Source: a virus
Taxonomy: Duplodnaviria > Caudoviricetes
Reading direction: 5' to 3' (one strand)
Length of the DNA stretch: 64,000 nucleotides
Virus record (IMG/VR): IMGVR_UViG_3300050159_000048
Below are positions 38,099 to 46,691 of this stretch, in pieces. Each line of letters opens with the position of its first letter. The first letter of the stretch is position 1. Position numbers and translations under genes: made by a program. The notes under the pieces were generated by a model, which was given only the letters and a program-made list of their open reading frames with translations, was not told the origin of the DNA and ran no database searches.

Positions 38099-38418
38099 TG
38101 ACACCGCCACGCCGCTTGATTGAAGATAAGACCGTTTACGTTGCCACCAGCCCGACGGACCGACTGATGATCACTGCCGCTTCGGAGATTGAGGCGAAGA
38201 TTGAGCTGCTGGATAAACTTGGCTACAAGATTGAGCAAGTTGAAGCATTCCTACTGCTGGACGCCGATTCTGGTGATATCATGGCAAAGCTGAGTGCCAC
38301 ATCACTGGAAACAGCGCTGGATGAAGTTCTATCTGCTGCAAAGTGGAGGATTTCAGAATCAATGGAGTTGCTCGGCGGCTCTCTCGGCGACGGCTTTGGT
38401 GATTTTGAAGACGAATAA
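38095..38418 (+). CDS. hypothetical acidic protein
   Basis: ATGA coupling. Confidence 0.7.
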   Translation: MMTPPRRLIEDKTVYVATSPTDRLMITAASEIEAKIELLDKLGYKIEQVEAFLLLDADSGDIMAKLSATSLETALDEVLSAAKWRISESMELLGGSLGDGFGDFEDE

Positions 38419-38428
38419 GGAGAAACAT

Positions 38429-39028
38429 ATGACCACATCGATTACGCTACGACAAGCGCATAAGCTCGTCGACAAGATTGTCGCCAAGATGCGCACTCTG
38501 ACGATTGAATCCACAAAGCAAGTGAGCGCGTGGGAGCAAGATGAAGTGAGCGCGGTGCTGGAGCGTTTGCGCGGAAAGTTTGAAGAGCAAATTGCTCGCC
38601 AAGTCGCGCTGACGAACGCCCGCCAGGAGCTGCGTGACGCGATCAGCATTGCAAACCGCGCCGCGGTCGACGGCCTAATTTCGCAGCGAAAGGCTTTGCT
38701 GGATCAGGTTGGTATCTACCGCGCGATCCTGGACAGCGCCAGTGAAAACTACATCTCTGATGGGAACGCGCTGGCGCAAAAGCTCTCCGCGATGCGTTCG
38801 GCTGCCCACGCCGGAGCCACGACTCCTTCGTGGGGTGGTTCTGGCGACACCGTCACTGTGTCACTGCTCACCAGCGAGCGACAGACTGTGCTCGAAAAGC
38901 TGGTCAATGACACCCAGCTAAAGATTGAGGCTGTAGAAGACGCACTGACTCAGGCGAATGCTGGCACCAGGGTATGGGTGCCAGCTTCTGCTGAAGCCAC
39001 ACTGCGCCAGGAAGGGCTGATCGCCTAA
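38429..39028 (+). CDS. helical-bundle/coiled-coil protein
   Basis: AAGGAG SD; long amphipathic helices. Confidence 0.85.
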   Translation: MTTSITLRQAHKLVDKIVAKMRTLTIESTKQVSAWEQDEVSAVLERLRGKFEEQIARQVALTNARQELRDAISIANRAAVDGLISQRKALLDQVGIYRAILDSASENYISDGNALAQKLSAMRSAAHAGATTPSWGGSGDTVTVSLLTSERQTVLEKLVNDTQLKIEAVEDALTQANAGTRVWVPASAEATLRQEGLIA

Positions 39029-39279
39029 GAATTCGGGTGGAGATTGTTGATAGAATTTGGAAGGGTCTTCGGACCTGACGTCTCTGACGTCGCATCCTAA
39101 TTATATGCAACGGTCAATTGTGTGCAGCTTTGTAATCATAAAGCCCTTGTAACCATTGTTGGATACGAGCTGTACGATCAAGACCATTAATTGCTGGAAT
39201 GTTGGAATGCTGGAGTGTATTGCATCCTCTTTCTGTTGACTTTCTTCACCCCCTCAGCTTGACTCATAAGTAAAACAAT

Positions 39280-39846
39280 ATGTCACTATACGCAATTGCT
39301 GGCAGCCAAGGTACTGGAAAATCCACCCTACTAGCTGCTCTCAACGTCCTTCAAATCACCCGAAAAACCTCACGCTCCATTCTGTCTGAATGGGGCGTTT
39401 CCCTTTCCCAAGTCAATAACGACAGGACTCTCACCGTCAAGTTTCAGGACGAGATCCTGGCACGAAAAATTGTTGATGAGCGATGGGCTACCGAAACAGA
39501 TCAGATTGTGTTCACAGAACGCACATACGCGGACTTGTTCGTGTATGCTGTTGTAGCGCTCGGAAAGGATAACGAGTACAGCGAATGGCTGGATGAGTAC
39601 TACCTACGTTGTGTTGAAGCTCAACGAACATATTCAGGTGTGTTTTACCTGACGGGTGGCCATTTTCAGCCCGTATACGACGGCGTTCGGGCGGTGAATA
39701 AACACTATAGTCGAATGGTGGACTTGACAATGTACGAATATACGTGTAATATGTCACCAAGTGTAACCCCGATTCATGTCGCAGATCTGGACGAACGCGT
39801 TCATATTGTGATGGAAGCACTACATAATCGTCCACAATCAGAATAA
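39280..39846 (+). CDS. P-loop nucleotide kinase/AAA_28-like protein
   Basis: GSQGTGKST Walker A at N-terminus; ERTYAD. Confidence 0.8.
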   Translation: MSLYAIAGSQGTGKSTLLAALNVLQITRKTSRSILSEWGVSLSQVNNDRTLTVKFQDEILARKIVDERWATETDQIVFTERTYADLFVYAVVALGKDNEYSEWLDEYYLRCVEAQRTYSGVFYLTGGHFQPVYDGVRAVNKHYSRMVDLTMYEYTCNMSPSVTPIHVADLDERVHIVMEALHNRPQSE

Positions 39847-39865
39847 CATACACACGGAGAAGTAA

Positions 39866-40933
39866 ATGACACAAGACAACAGCAAGTACCTGGGCGCGGT
39901 GAAAGGCCGCCGCTTTCGCTACAACGATTACACCCGCCACATGCCCCATCTAAAGTTTGAGTACGATGAGGATTACTACCCGGAAGACTCCGACCTGCCT
40001 GATCCACAAATTGATCCGTTCATTCCGGGTCTGCGCGTTCAGCTTGATAAGGTTGGCGTCAATGGCGTGCATCTACCGATCAAGTTCCTGCGTCGTGACG
40101 GCTCAGTTCAAGAGCTGCAAGCGGAAGCATCCCTGTACGGCTCGCTGGACAATCCGGACGCAAAGGGTCTGAACCTGTCGCGGTTCCCCATTGTCATGCA
40201 TGAAGAAATCGCCGGTCACTTGTCGATTGACGGCCTCAAGGGTGTGCTGAAGAAGCTGCAGTCAAAGCAAGGCAGCAACCATACGTATTGCAAGCTGCGC
40301 TTCAAGTATCCTTGGACACAAGAAGCTCTGCGTACTCGCCAAGAAATGAAGGTGGAAGAGTACGGTAGCGTTGAGCAACTGAAGGCACACAAGGACTTCT
40401 TCAAGGAAGTGGACGGTGTGTATCTCAGCCACAAGAAGGCACTCGGCCACATCTTCTATGATTGTGTATTGGAAGCGCAACAACACGGTGATGAGTACGC
40501 ATTCTTCCTCACCGTACACTACGTGTATTCGTCCACTTGCCCTTGCTCGTTTGAGCTGGCTCAGGATGCGACCCTGAAGCGTGGTCAAGCCGCTAACGGA
40601 CACAGTCAGCGCTCCATCGCAAAGATCACGGTTCAATTCAGCCCAGACAATGTGGTGTACATCGAAGACATCATCGAAATGGCACGCAAGCAGGTTCCTA
40701 CTGAGGTGGTGATCATTTGCAAGCGCCGCGATGAGCAGGCCTTCGCTGAATTGAATGGCTCCAATCTCTTGTTCACAGAAGACGCATCTCGTCTGATGTA
40801 TCAAGGGTTGGATGAAATGTACAACGCCGGCAAGATCAGCGACTTCAGTGTTGTCACCGAGCATGTGGAATCCTTGCATCCGTGGTCAGCCACAGCGGTG
40901 GTATCCAAGGGCATTGTGGGCGGCCTTCGGTAA
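39866..40933 (+). CDS. folE2: GTP cyclohydrolase I type 2 (FolE2/MptA family)
   Basis: LDKVGV..V.LP, KGLNLSRF, SSTCPCS, GHSQRS, KRRDEQAF, FTED..R, ESLH. Confidence 0.92.
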   Translation: MTQDNSKYLGAVKGRRFRYNDYTRHMPHLKFEYDEDYYPEDSDLPDPQIDPFIPGLRVQLDKVGVNGVHLPIKFLRRDGSVQELQAEASLYGSLDNPDAKGLNLSRFPIVMHEEIAGHLSIDGLKGVLKKLQSKQGSNHTYCKLRFKYPWTQEALRTRQEMKVEEYGSVEQLKAHKDFFKEVDGVYLSHKKALGHIFYDCVLEAQQHGDEYAFFLTVHYVYSSTCPCSFELAQDATLKRGQAANGHSQRSIAKITVQFSPDNVVYIEDIIEMARKQVPTEVVIICKRRDEQAFAELNGSNLLFTEDASRLMYQGLDEMYNAGKISDFSVVTEHVESLHPWSATAVVSKGIVGGLR

Positions 40934-40953
40934 TCTGAATTCCTGAGTCCTAG

Positions 40954-40987
40954 GAAAAGAGCGGTCACTTGACCGCTCTTTTCGTTT
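40954..40987 (+). terminator. intrinsic (possibly bidirectional) terminator
   Basis: AAAAGAGCGGTCA/TGACCGCTCTTTT. Confidence 0.85.
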
Positions 40988-41025
40988 GGCAAACGATAAA
41001 TACAGCATTACACAGGAACTACCCA

Positions 41026-41628
41026 ATGAAATTGCTACGAGAACTCCTAACTGATGTCAAACGCCTTGATGATCCGTCGTCGGACATAGAAACAGATGAT
41101 TTGGATCAGTTGCTTGCTGATTACGAGCAGGGAGAGAGCGGTGTCCCGAATGAAGAGTCCCCAGAAGGTGATGATGAGCTAGACTTGGATCTAGGCGACG
41201 ACGTTCCGTCTGATGACGACAACATGGGGGTTGAATTTGATTCGTCCTCTCCGCCTAGCAGTGGAGAAGAGTCCCCAGAAGGTGATGATGAGCTAGACTT
41301 GGATCTAGGTGATGAAGGGCTGGGCGGTGATGAGGACATGGATCAGTTGGCGCAACAAGCTACAGAAGATCCTGATCGTGCTGGTGTGATTCGCACAGTG
41401 AAGAACTCACACTTGGTATACAAACGCCAAGCAGAAGATGGTACTTACGACGAACTGTGGGTATACAACGTCAAAGAGTTTGACCCCACTCTACAGGTCA
41501 AGAAGGCAATTCTAGCGGGGACAGACATTCCCCCTGGCAAGTTGCAGTCTGCTGATGGTAAGCAGACTTATACCTCATGGGCTTCAGGTAACGCAGAAAT
41601 GCTGTTGATCAAGGGGTTACCTAACTGA
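41026..41628 (+). CDS. acidic late protein with CTS-like N-terminus
   Basis: TAAATA at 40997; MKLLRELL; Asp/Glu-rich. Confidence 0.8.
   Translation: MKLLRELLTDVKRLDDPSSDIETDDLDQLLADYEQGESGVPNEESPEGDDELDLDLGDDVPSDDDNMGVEFDSSSPPSSGEESPEGDDELDLDLGDEGLGGDEDMDQLAQQATEDPDRAGVIRTVKNSHLVYKRQAEDGTYDELWVYNVKEFDPTLQVKKAILAGTDIPPGKLQSADGKQTYTSWASGNAEMLLIKGLPN
41152..41309 (+). repeat. 44-bp direct repeat (41152-41195 and 41266-41309), coding EESPEGDDELDLDLG
   Basis: identical copies read directly. Confidence 0.95.
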
Positions 41629-41694
41629 TTGTTGTCTTTACGCTTCTGTTTGTAGATAATCCGGTAACGCATAAAATTACAACAGGAGCGTACC

Positions 41695-41964
41695 ATGGAA
41701 CAACAATCATCACCCACAGAACAATCCACAATCAATCAAGAAGCTCGGGATGAGCGCCGGTCCGTGTGGAAGGGTGCAATTGAGCAGGAATTGCAGAGCC
41801 TAATTACCCAAGCTGCAGGAATTCGGCAGCGTATCTCTACCGCAAAAACAGCCACCAAGCGTACGTACTACCAGAAGAAATTCAATAAGATTTCACCCCA
41901 GGTGATGCAGATGGTTGCTGCACTTGAGCGCCTCAACGCCGACAACGGAGACAAAGTTGCATGA
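41695..41964 (+). CDS. coiled-coil hypothetical protein
   Basis: CAGGAG SD. Confidence 0.75.
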   Translation: MEQQSSPTEQSTINQEARDERRSVWKGAIEQELQSLITQAAGIRQRISTAKTATKRTYYQKKFNKISPQVMQMVAALERLNADNGDKVA

Positions 41965-42371
41965 TTACTCCAGCAGACCAACGTCCAAAGAAGTTTGAGG
42001 ATGTCGAGATTGTAACTGCTAAGATGGAGTTTATCAATCAGGTATACGAAGCGGCCGCAACCATTGCGTATACCGAATACGGGCAGATTAACCCTGCAGA
42101 CGTGGCTCAAGCAGCCCGCATGTTGGTATTAGCCCAAAAGATTCATGTGAATGAATCTGTTACTGTTAGTGATAAGGGATTCAAAGTTATCATCAACGCA
42201 TCAACCGTTGATGATAACACATCAATGAACGCGTTTCGTATGATTTTGAAAGCCCTGAATCAGCTGGATGGATCGCATGGAACGATGATGTTCGGCGATC
42301 CTGTGAGATTTACACTCGCTGAAGTTCCAGAGTTGAGCGCGATGGAGTTGCTATCATCTGCTCCCTTGTAA
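41961..42371 (+). CDS. hypothetical protein
   Basis: ATGA coupling. Confidence 0.7.
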   Translation: MITPADQRPKKFEDVEIVTAKMEFINQVYEAAATIAYTEYGQINPADVAQAARMLVLAQKIHVNESVTVSDKGFKVIINASTVDDNTSMNAFRMILKALNQLDGSHGTMMFGDPVRFTLAEVPELSAMELLSSAPL

Positions 42372-43161
42372 CAACATCCATTAGGGTTTGCAGATAATAC
42401 AACACTTCCCAGATGTTAGGAACCAGGCGCTGCCTGTCGTATTCCATATATGGAGTGGAGAAGGCTTCAATCACCTTCTTCACTTCGGCTGCCTTGGAAT
42501 CATCATACCAATAGAACTTGACAATATCAAACTTGTCGCGTTCCCACCACTCCTTTAGTGCTCCAAGCCCCATTGGCTCAACGCCAATAAGCACGACGTT
42601 TTGAGGGGTGCCCTGTTCGTGTACCAAGTACATGACTTGCGTTCGAGCAATCTCTTTCTTTGCTTCTACGATAGCAGCTTGGCGGTTACCCAGCCAATAG
42701 CTCCAGCCCCGCCACTCTTTATACACCAAATCTGGTCGAGCGGGAAGATCGTCAGGCAGATTCCCTGGCATGCGAGCCCAAACCAGCCACTCGTTCATGG
42801 TCTGGAGCTTTAGTTTGTGCACGTACTGGATCGCCTCAATCATTGGGCGCCAAGAGATAGTTGACCGCTTGTTAAACTCGTTGTTTGTGCCTAAGAAGTC
42901 ATTCCAAGACACCCACTCCTTCGTGTATACACGGTACGGAAATTTGGGTATAGTTTTTGGCTTCTCACGCTCCCACCATTCCTGAAACTTACCGCGCGAC
43001 GGCAGCATTTGCTCCCGCATGAACGTACGAGCCTCATCCCACGGAAGGTAGTTCGTGTTGCGACGCCCTGATACCTTTGGTTTGGTCTTCTCTGCAATGC
43101 GAGCGTCGATTTCCTCGTCCGTCAACTCGTCTTCAGGCACGTACTTTGCTGTATCGTTCAT
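42310..43161 (-). CDS. protein with two integrase-repeat-unit-like repeats
   Basis: YLPW.EAR.F...W.EW...P..IP..P...Y..EW.SW.DFLG repeated twice. Confidence 0.65.
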   Translation of the reverse strand: MNDTAKYVPEDELTDEEIDARIAEKTKPKVSGRRNTNYLPWDEARTFMREQMLPSRGKFQEWWEREKPKTIPKFPYRVYTKEWVSWNDFLGTNNEFNKRSTISWRPMIEAIQYVHKLKLQTMNEWLVWARMPGNLPDDLPARPDLVYKEWRGWSYWLGNRQAAIVEAKKEIARTQVMYLVHEQGTPQNVVLIGVEPMGLGALKEWWERDKFDIVKFYWYDDSKAAEVKKVIEAFSTPYMEYDRQRLVPNIWEVLYYLQTLMDVVTREQMIATPSRSTLELQRV

Positions 43162-43747
43162 TCACTTTATCCCAGTTAACAACATTCCACCACTTGTCAA
43201 TGTATCCAGCACGGTCAGCAGGATACTGGAGGTAGTGCGCGTGCTCCCACAGATCACAAGCAAGGAGTAGCGTAACCCCGTCTTCTGTGAGTGGGCATCC
43301 ACCATTGGGTGTTGTTTTGATTTGCAGTTCGCCTTTATAAACTACGAGCCAACACCACCCCGAGCCAAATAACCCCGTGGCCTTTTCGACAAATTGTTTC
43401 ACAAATTTGTCATACGATCCGAACTTCTCATCGATCGCTTTCTTCAGCTCGTCTGACGGTTTCCCAACCGAATCCGAAGACGTCATACCATCCCAGTAAA
43501 AAGTATGATTAAATGCTTGAGTGACATTGTTGAAGAACTTGGAATCTACTCGCTTGATCAAATCTTTTGAGATGATATCTTCAAGATCCCACCGCGCATA
43601 CATGGTATCCTTAGCAAGCTCATTTGCCGTATCGTAATACTTGCGAGTATGCTTATCGTAATGATACTCAACAACTTCCTTGGATAGGTGCGGCTCCAGA
43701 GCGTTTTTAGCGTATGGAAGCGCTGGCATTTTGTAGGTCATTGGCAA
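43133..43747 (-). CDS. sodB: Fe/Mn superoxide dismutase
   Basis: LPYAKNALEPH, HYDKH, NHTFYW, FGSGW.WL, DLWEHAHY; TAAATA upstream; metal specificity not determined. Confidence 0.95.
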   Translation of the reverse strand: MPMTYKMPALPYAKNALEPHLSKEVVEYHYDKHTRKYYDTANELAKDTMYARWDLEDIISKDLIKRVDSKFFNNVTQAFNHTFYWDGMTSSDSVGKPSDELKKAIDEKFGSYDKFVKQFVEKATGLFGSGWCWLVVYKGELQIKTTPNGGCPLTEDGVTLLLACDLWEHAHYLQYPADRAGYIDKWWNVVNWDKVNERYSKVRA

Positions 43748-43845
43748 CTCCTTTGAGATTATTTACAGTCTCAAAAAACGGGGATGCCTAATACCAATCG
43801 TTAGGGTACGAGTGTAAATAGCTCTGCCTAACGGAGAACAATTAC

Positions 43846-44346
43846 ATGCCGGCTGCAAAGAAAACAACCACCAAGACACCCAAGACTCAAACCGCAGAGA
43901 AAAAGAATGCTCCGTTGGTGGTCGAGCCACATCCTAAAGAGTATGCAGGGTTTCCGTTTATCACACTAATACAATATCGCAAACAGCCAATGCTGGCGAT
44001 CGTGGATAATGTGGATGATGACACAATCAAGGCGTTCGTGCTTGATCTGTGCGGACCTGAACAGGTCAATGAAGAAACGATTATTTCAATCGCAGCAGAG
44101 TGGGAAGCTGAGTCAAAGGCCCAATATCCCCTGTCGATTGAGTTCTCACGTCGGGGATTGACGCCAATTACGTCCAAAATCTACCGAGCAATGAGCCTGG
44201 AATTTGTATCGCGGGTGATCGGTCCTGTACCTCGCTACCCCATGGATGCTGTTAAGAGCATCAAGCGCCGCCGTCGTAAGCCGATCAGCAACGCTTTGGT
44301 ACAATCAATGTCAGCGGCTCCGTTATTTGAGCAACTCACGAAGTAA
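43846..44346 (+). CDS. hypothetical late protein
   Basis: TAAATA at 43815; GGAG SD. Confidence 0.8.
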   Translation: MPAAKKTTTKTPKTQTAEKKNAPLVVEPHPKEYAGFPFITLIQYRKQPMLAIVDNVDDDTIKAFVLDLCGPEQVNEETIISIAAEWEAESKAQYPLSIEFSRRGLTPITSKIYRAMSLEFVSRVIGPVPRYPMDAVKSIKRRRRKPISNALVQSMSAAPLFEQLTK

Positions 44347-44757
44347 TGCGAACGATTCCATATTGAGATCGTTCCCCAATGCGGAGGGATCGTTCTCGAA
44401 TTCTTCGCCTCCAATATCAAAATCCATGTCATCGGGGGACGACATGGAATCACCTGGAGTCATAGCTGGTGATCCGTTTGATTGATCGCCCACTAGTTGT
44501 TGACCCACATCAGTCAGTTGACCTGACTGATCAATGATGTTTGAATCTTGAGCCAATGTCCGACCTGAGTCGGTCAACTCTGCGCGTTCAGCAGTACCGG
44601 TAACCGCTCCAAGTCGCATCAGCATATCCCGCGCATTAACAAGGTTTTGCGATCCACTAAGTCGCTGCGATGCAATGGTTGGATTGTCCGTACTAGCCAG
44701 GATGGCCAGAACGCGTTGTTGGTGGTTGGTAGGACGAAGAGTGTTTAGAATGCGCAT
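44323..44757 (-). CDS. hypothetical late protein
   Basis: TATAAATA at 44777; GGAG SD. Confidence 0.7.
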   Translation of the reverse strand: MRILNTLRPTNHQQRVLAILASTDNPTIASQRLSGSQNLVNARDMLMRLGAVTGTAERAELTDSGRTLAQDSNIIDQSGQLTDVGQQLVGDQSNGSPAMTPGDSMSSPDDMDFDIGGEEFENDPSALGNDLNMESFALLRELLK

Positions 44758-44779
44758 GTGAGCTCCGGTAATCACATAT

Positions 44780-45352
44780 TTATAACCGACCCTGCGCAAT
44801 GAGGTGTAACTGAAGGATAATGGTTAACGCATATGAAATAGCGTGGCCCCTCTTGAAAGCGTATGAACCTTCAATCTTTTCGTACAGTTTATCCCGGGTT
44901 TTGGCCTTATTTCGCATGTATTCCGCTAGCAATTTACGCTTACCCGGACGAATAATAGCCAATACGTCGGCAAGTTCTTGTACAGACGTTGGTTTCATCG
45001 TCTGGAGCAAATCTGCATGTTTACCAATGTGAAGCAGTCGTTCGACGACTGCTTGGTCTTGCAGCATGTCCCAGTCTGGCTCCTTCTTACAGAGCGTACG
45101 AAGTTCCGTCTTGTCTTTGACTACATCCAAACAAGATAGATGCAAGAAGTCAATCTTAAAGTAGCCCAAATCAGCTGCCTGGTCGTAAGGGATTGCAGCA
45201 ACGTTGGTGTATGGATCAACAGGGATGCTCTGAAAATAGTGTCCACAGTTGTGTTTGACAAGTTCGCCGTTGCGCACCATAGACGCAGGGATCGCCTGCT
45301 TCATGATGGTGCGTGGGTCGAAAGCGGTAGGGAAGTCGATGTCAATATCCAT
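44780..45352 (-). CDS. DNA polymerase III alpha (DnaE)-like fragment
   Basis: DIDIDF, HNCGHY, GYFKIDFLHL, A..RPGK, YAFKRGHAISYA; TTGACA-18-TACAAT promoter. Confidence 0.8.
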   Translation of the reverse strand: MDIDIDFPTAFDPRTIMKQAIPASMVRNGELVKHNCGHYFQSIPVDPYTNVAAIPYDQAADLGYFKIDFLHLSCLDVVKDKTELRTLCKKEPDWDMLQDQAVVERLLHIGKHADLLQTMKPTSVQELADVLAIIRPGKRKLLAEYMRNKAKTRDKLYEKIEGSYAFKRGHAISYALTIILQLHLIAQGRL

Positions 45353-45395
45353 GTTGACATTGTACGGACTTTATATGTGGGTTGTCAAGTACCTG

Positions 45396-46691
45396 TTAAA
45401 AGGTTTCAGCCTTGATGCGGCGCCAGCCGTGTGTACCGTACACATACACATAATCACCGTCGGCAATCGTGTCGCCGATGTTACCAGGGGACGATGACGA
45501 CATTGGTACAGCTCGTGGCATCATAGGAGCAGAGAATACAAACTCCGTCCACCGGTAATCCGTCGCATACGAACCCTTACCATACTGACCTCGGAACGTG
45601 AATCCTCGACCAGCAAAGTACGACTCACCAGACCTCGTAGGTACGACCGCAACTGCGTCTGGTTCGCCCGGTAGTTCAAAGGAGAACTTCAGGGGAGAAA
45701 CAGAAGTCACTGTTGCAATCTGGCCAGCGCGACCCGACAAAGATCCACGCGGTTTGTTTGCGATCAATACAGTATCGGACGGCTCCAACATAACACCGAA
45801 CCGGTCACCAACAGTGACTGGTCGTTCTAGTACGGAGCGCCAGCCTGTTCCTGTGTGCTGAACTGCGTGGCCGTCCAACCCTTCCCATTCACCTTGTCCG
45901 TTGCTGGAGACAATGAAGGTAAAGTTGTAGGCGTCGTCACGCTCCATCTCAGGAGGTGTTGATAATTGGTCATCGAACAGGTTCGGGTCATAGATGGGTA
46001 GACGCCAAATCACACCGTTCACGAAACTGTCAACGTACTGCTTATTAACAGCGTGTTGAGCGTGAGTTGCTGGCTCTGACAGCTGCAGGCATTTGAAGGT
46101 TTCTGGGAATACAATTGCTTCGTCGGTACTATCCGCACCCAAGCCAATCCATTCTTCTCCGTCCCACACTCGCATCAACTTGATTGACGTGTCGTACCAC
46201 AGCTGTCCGACTAGTGGTGAAACGGGAGGTTGATCATGTGCGAAGTTCTCCAGCATGAATACTAGATTCTGCTGTACCGCTTCACCCCACGACATCCGTT
46301 TACCGTACGTTGATGACCCCTGCCCGAGAAGCAGAAGTGATGTTGCTGGCTTCGGAACAGAATAAGTTAGGGTTAATGGAGCATGGCCAACAACCTCAAT
46401 ATTGGTGCGTTCAATCTTTTCACGCACAGGAATGATCGTTTTGTCATGCTCAAGCATGCTTTGACCATTCACAGTGTACGCGCCAGCTGTAGTTGGATCA
46501 CCATCAACGTTAAACTCAAACCCGTCAACAAAACGAGCGGTAAAATCACCAGAAATGACGAAGTGGTGCACCCCATCAACTGTGTATAACTTTGTGGGCT
46601 GTGCTGTAGACAGATTGTTCGTGCCGTTTGATTCAAACGGCAGAATGTTAGCCACATCAACGCCAGAAGATAACTTAATAGAATAGCTCAT
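45396..46691 (-). CDS. tail/baseplate-associated structural protein
   Basis: LENFA..PP.SP..GQLWYD, HAVNKQYVD, C-terminal SSPG.IGD...D.DY.YV motif. Confidence 0.7.
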   Translation of the reverse strand: MSYSIKLSSGVDVANILPFESNGTNNLSTAQPTKLYTVDGVHHFVISGDFTARFVDGFEFNVDGDPTTAGAYTVNGQSMLEHDKTIIPVREKIERTNIEVVGHAPLTLTYSVPKPATSLLLLGQGSSTYGKRMSWGEAVQQNLVFMLENFAHDQPPVSPLVGQLWYDTSIKLMRVWDGEEWIGLGADSTDEAIVFPETFKCLQLSEPATHAQHAVNKQYVDSFVNGVIWRLPIYDPNLFDDQLSTPPEMERDDAYNFTFIVSSNGQGEWEGLDGHAVQHTGTGWRSVLERPVTVGDRFGVMLEPSDTVLIANKPRGSLSGRAGQIATVTSVSPLKFSFELPGEPDAVAVVPTRSGESYFAGRGFTFRGQYGKGSYATDYRWTEFVFSAPMMPRAVPMSSSSPGNIGDTIADGDYVYVYGTHGWRRIKAETF

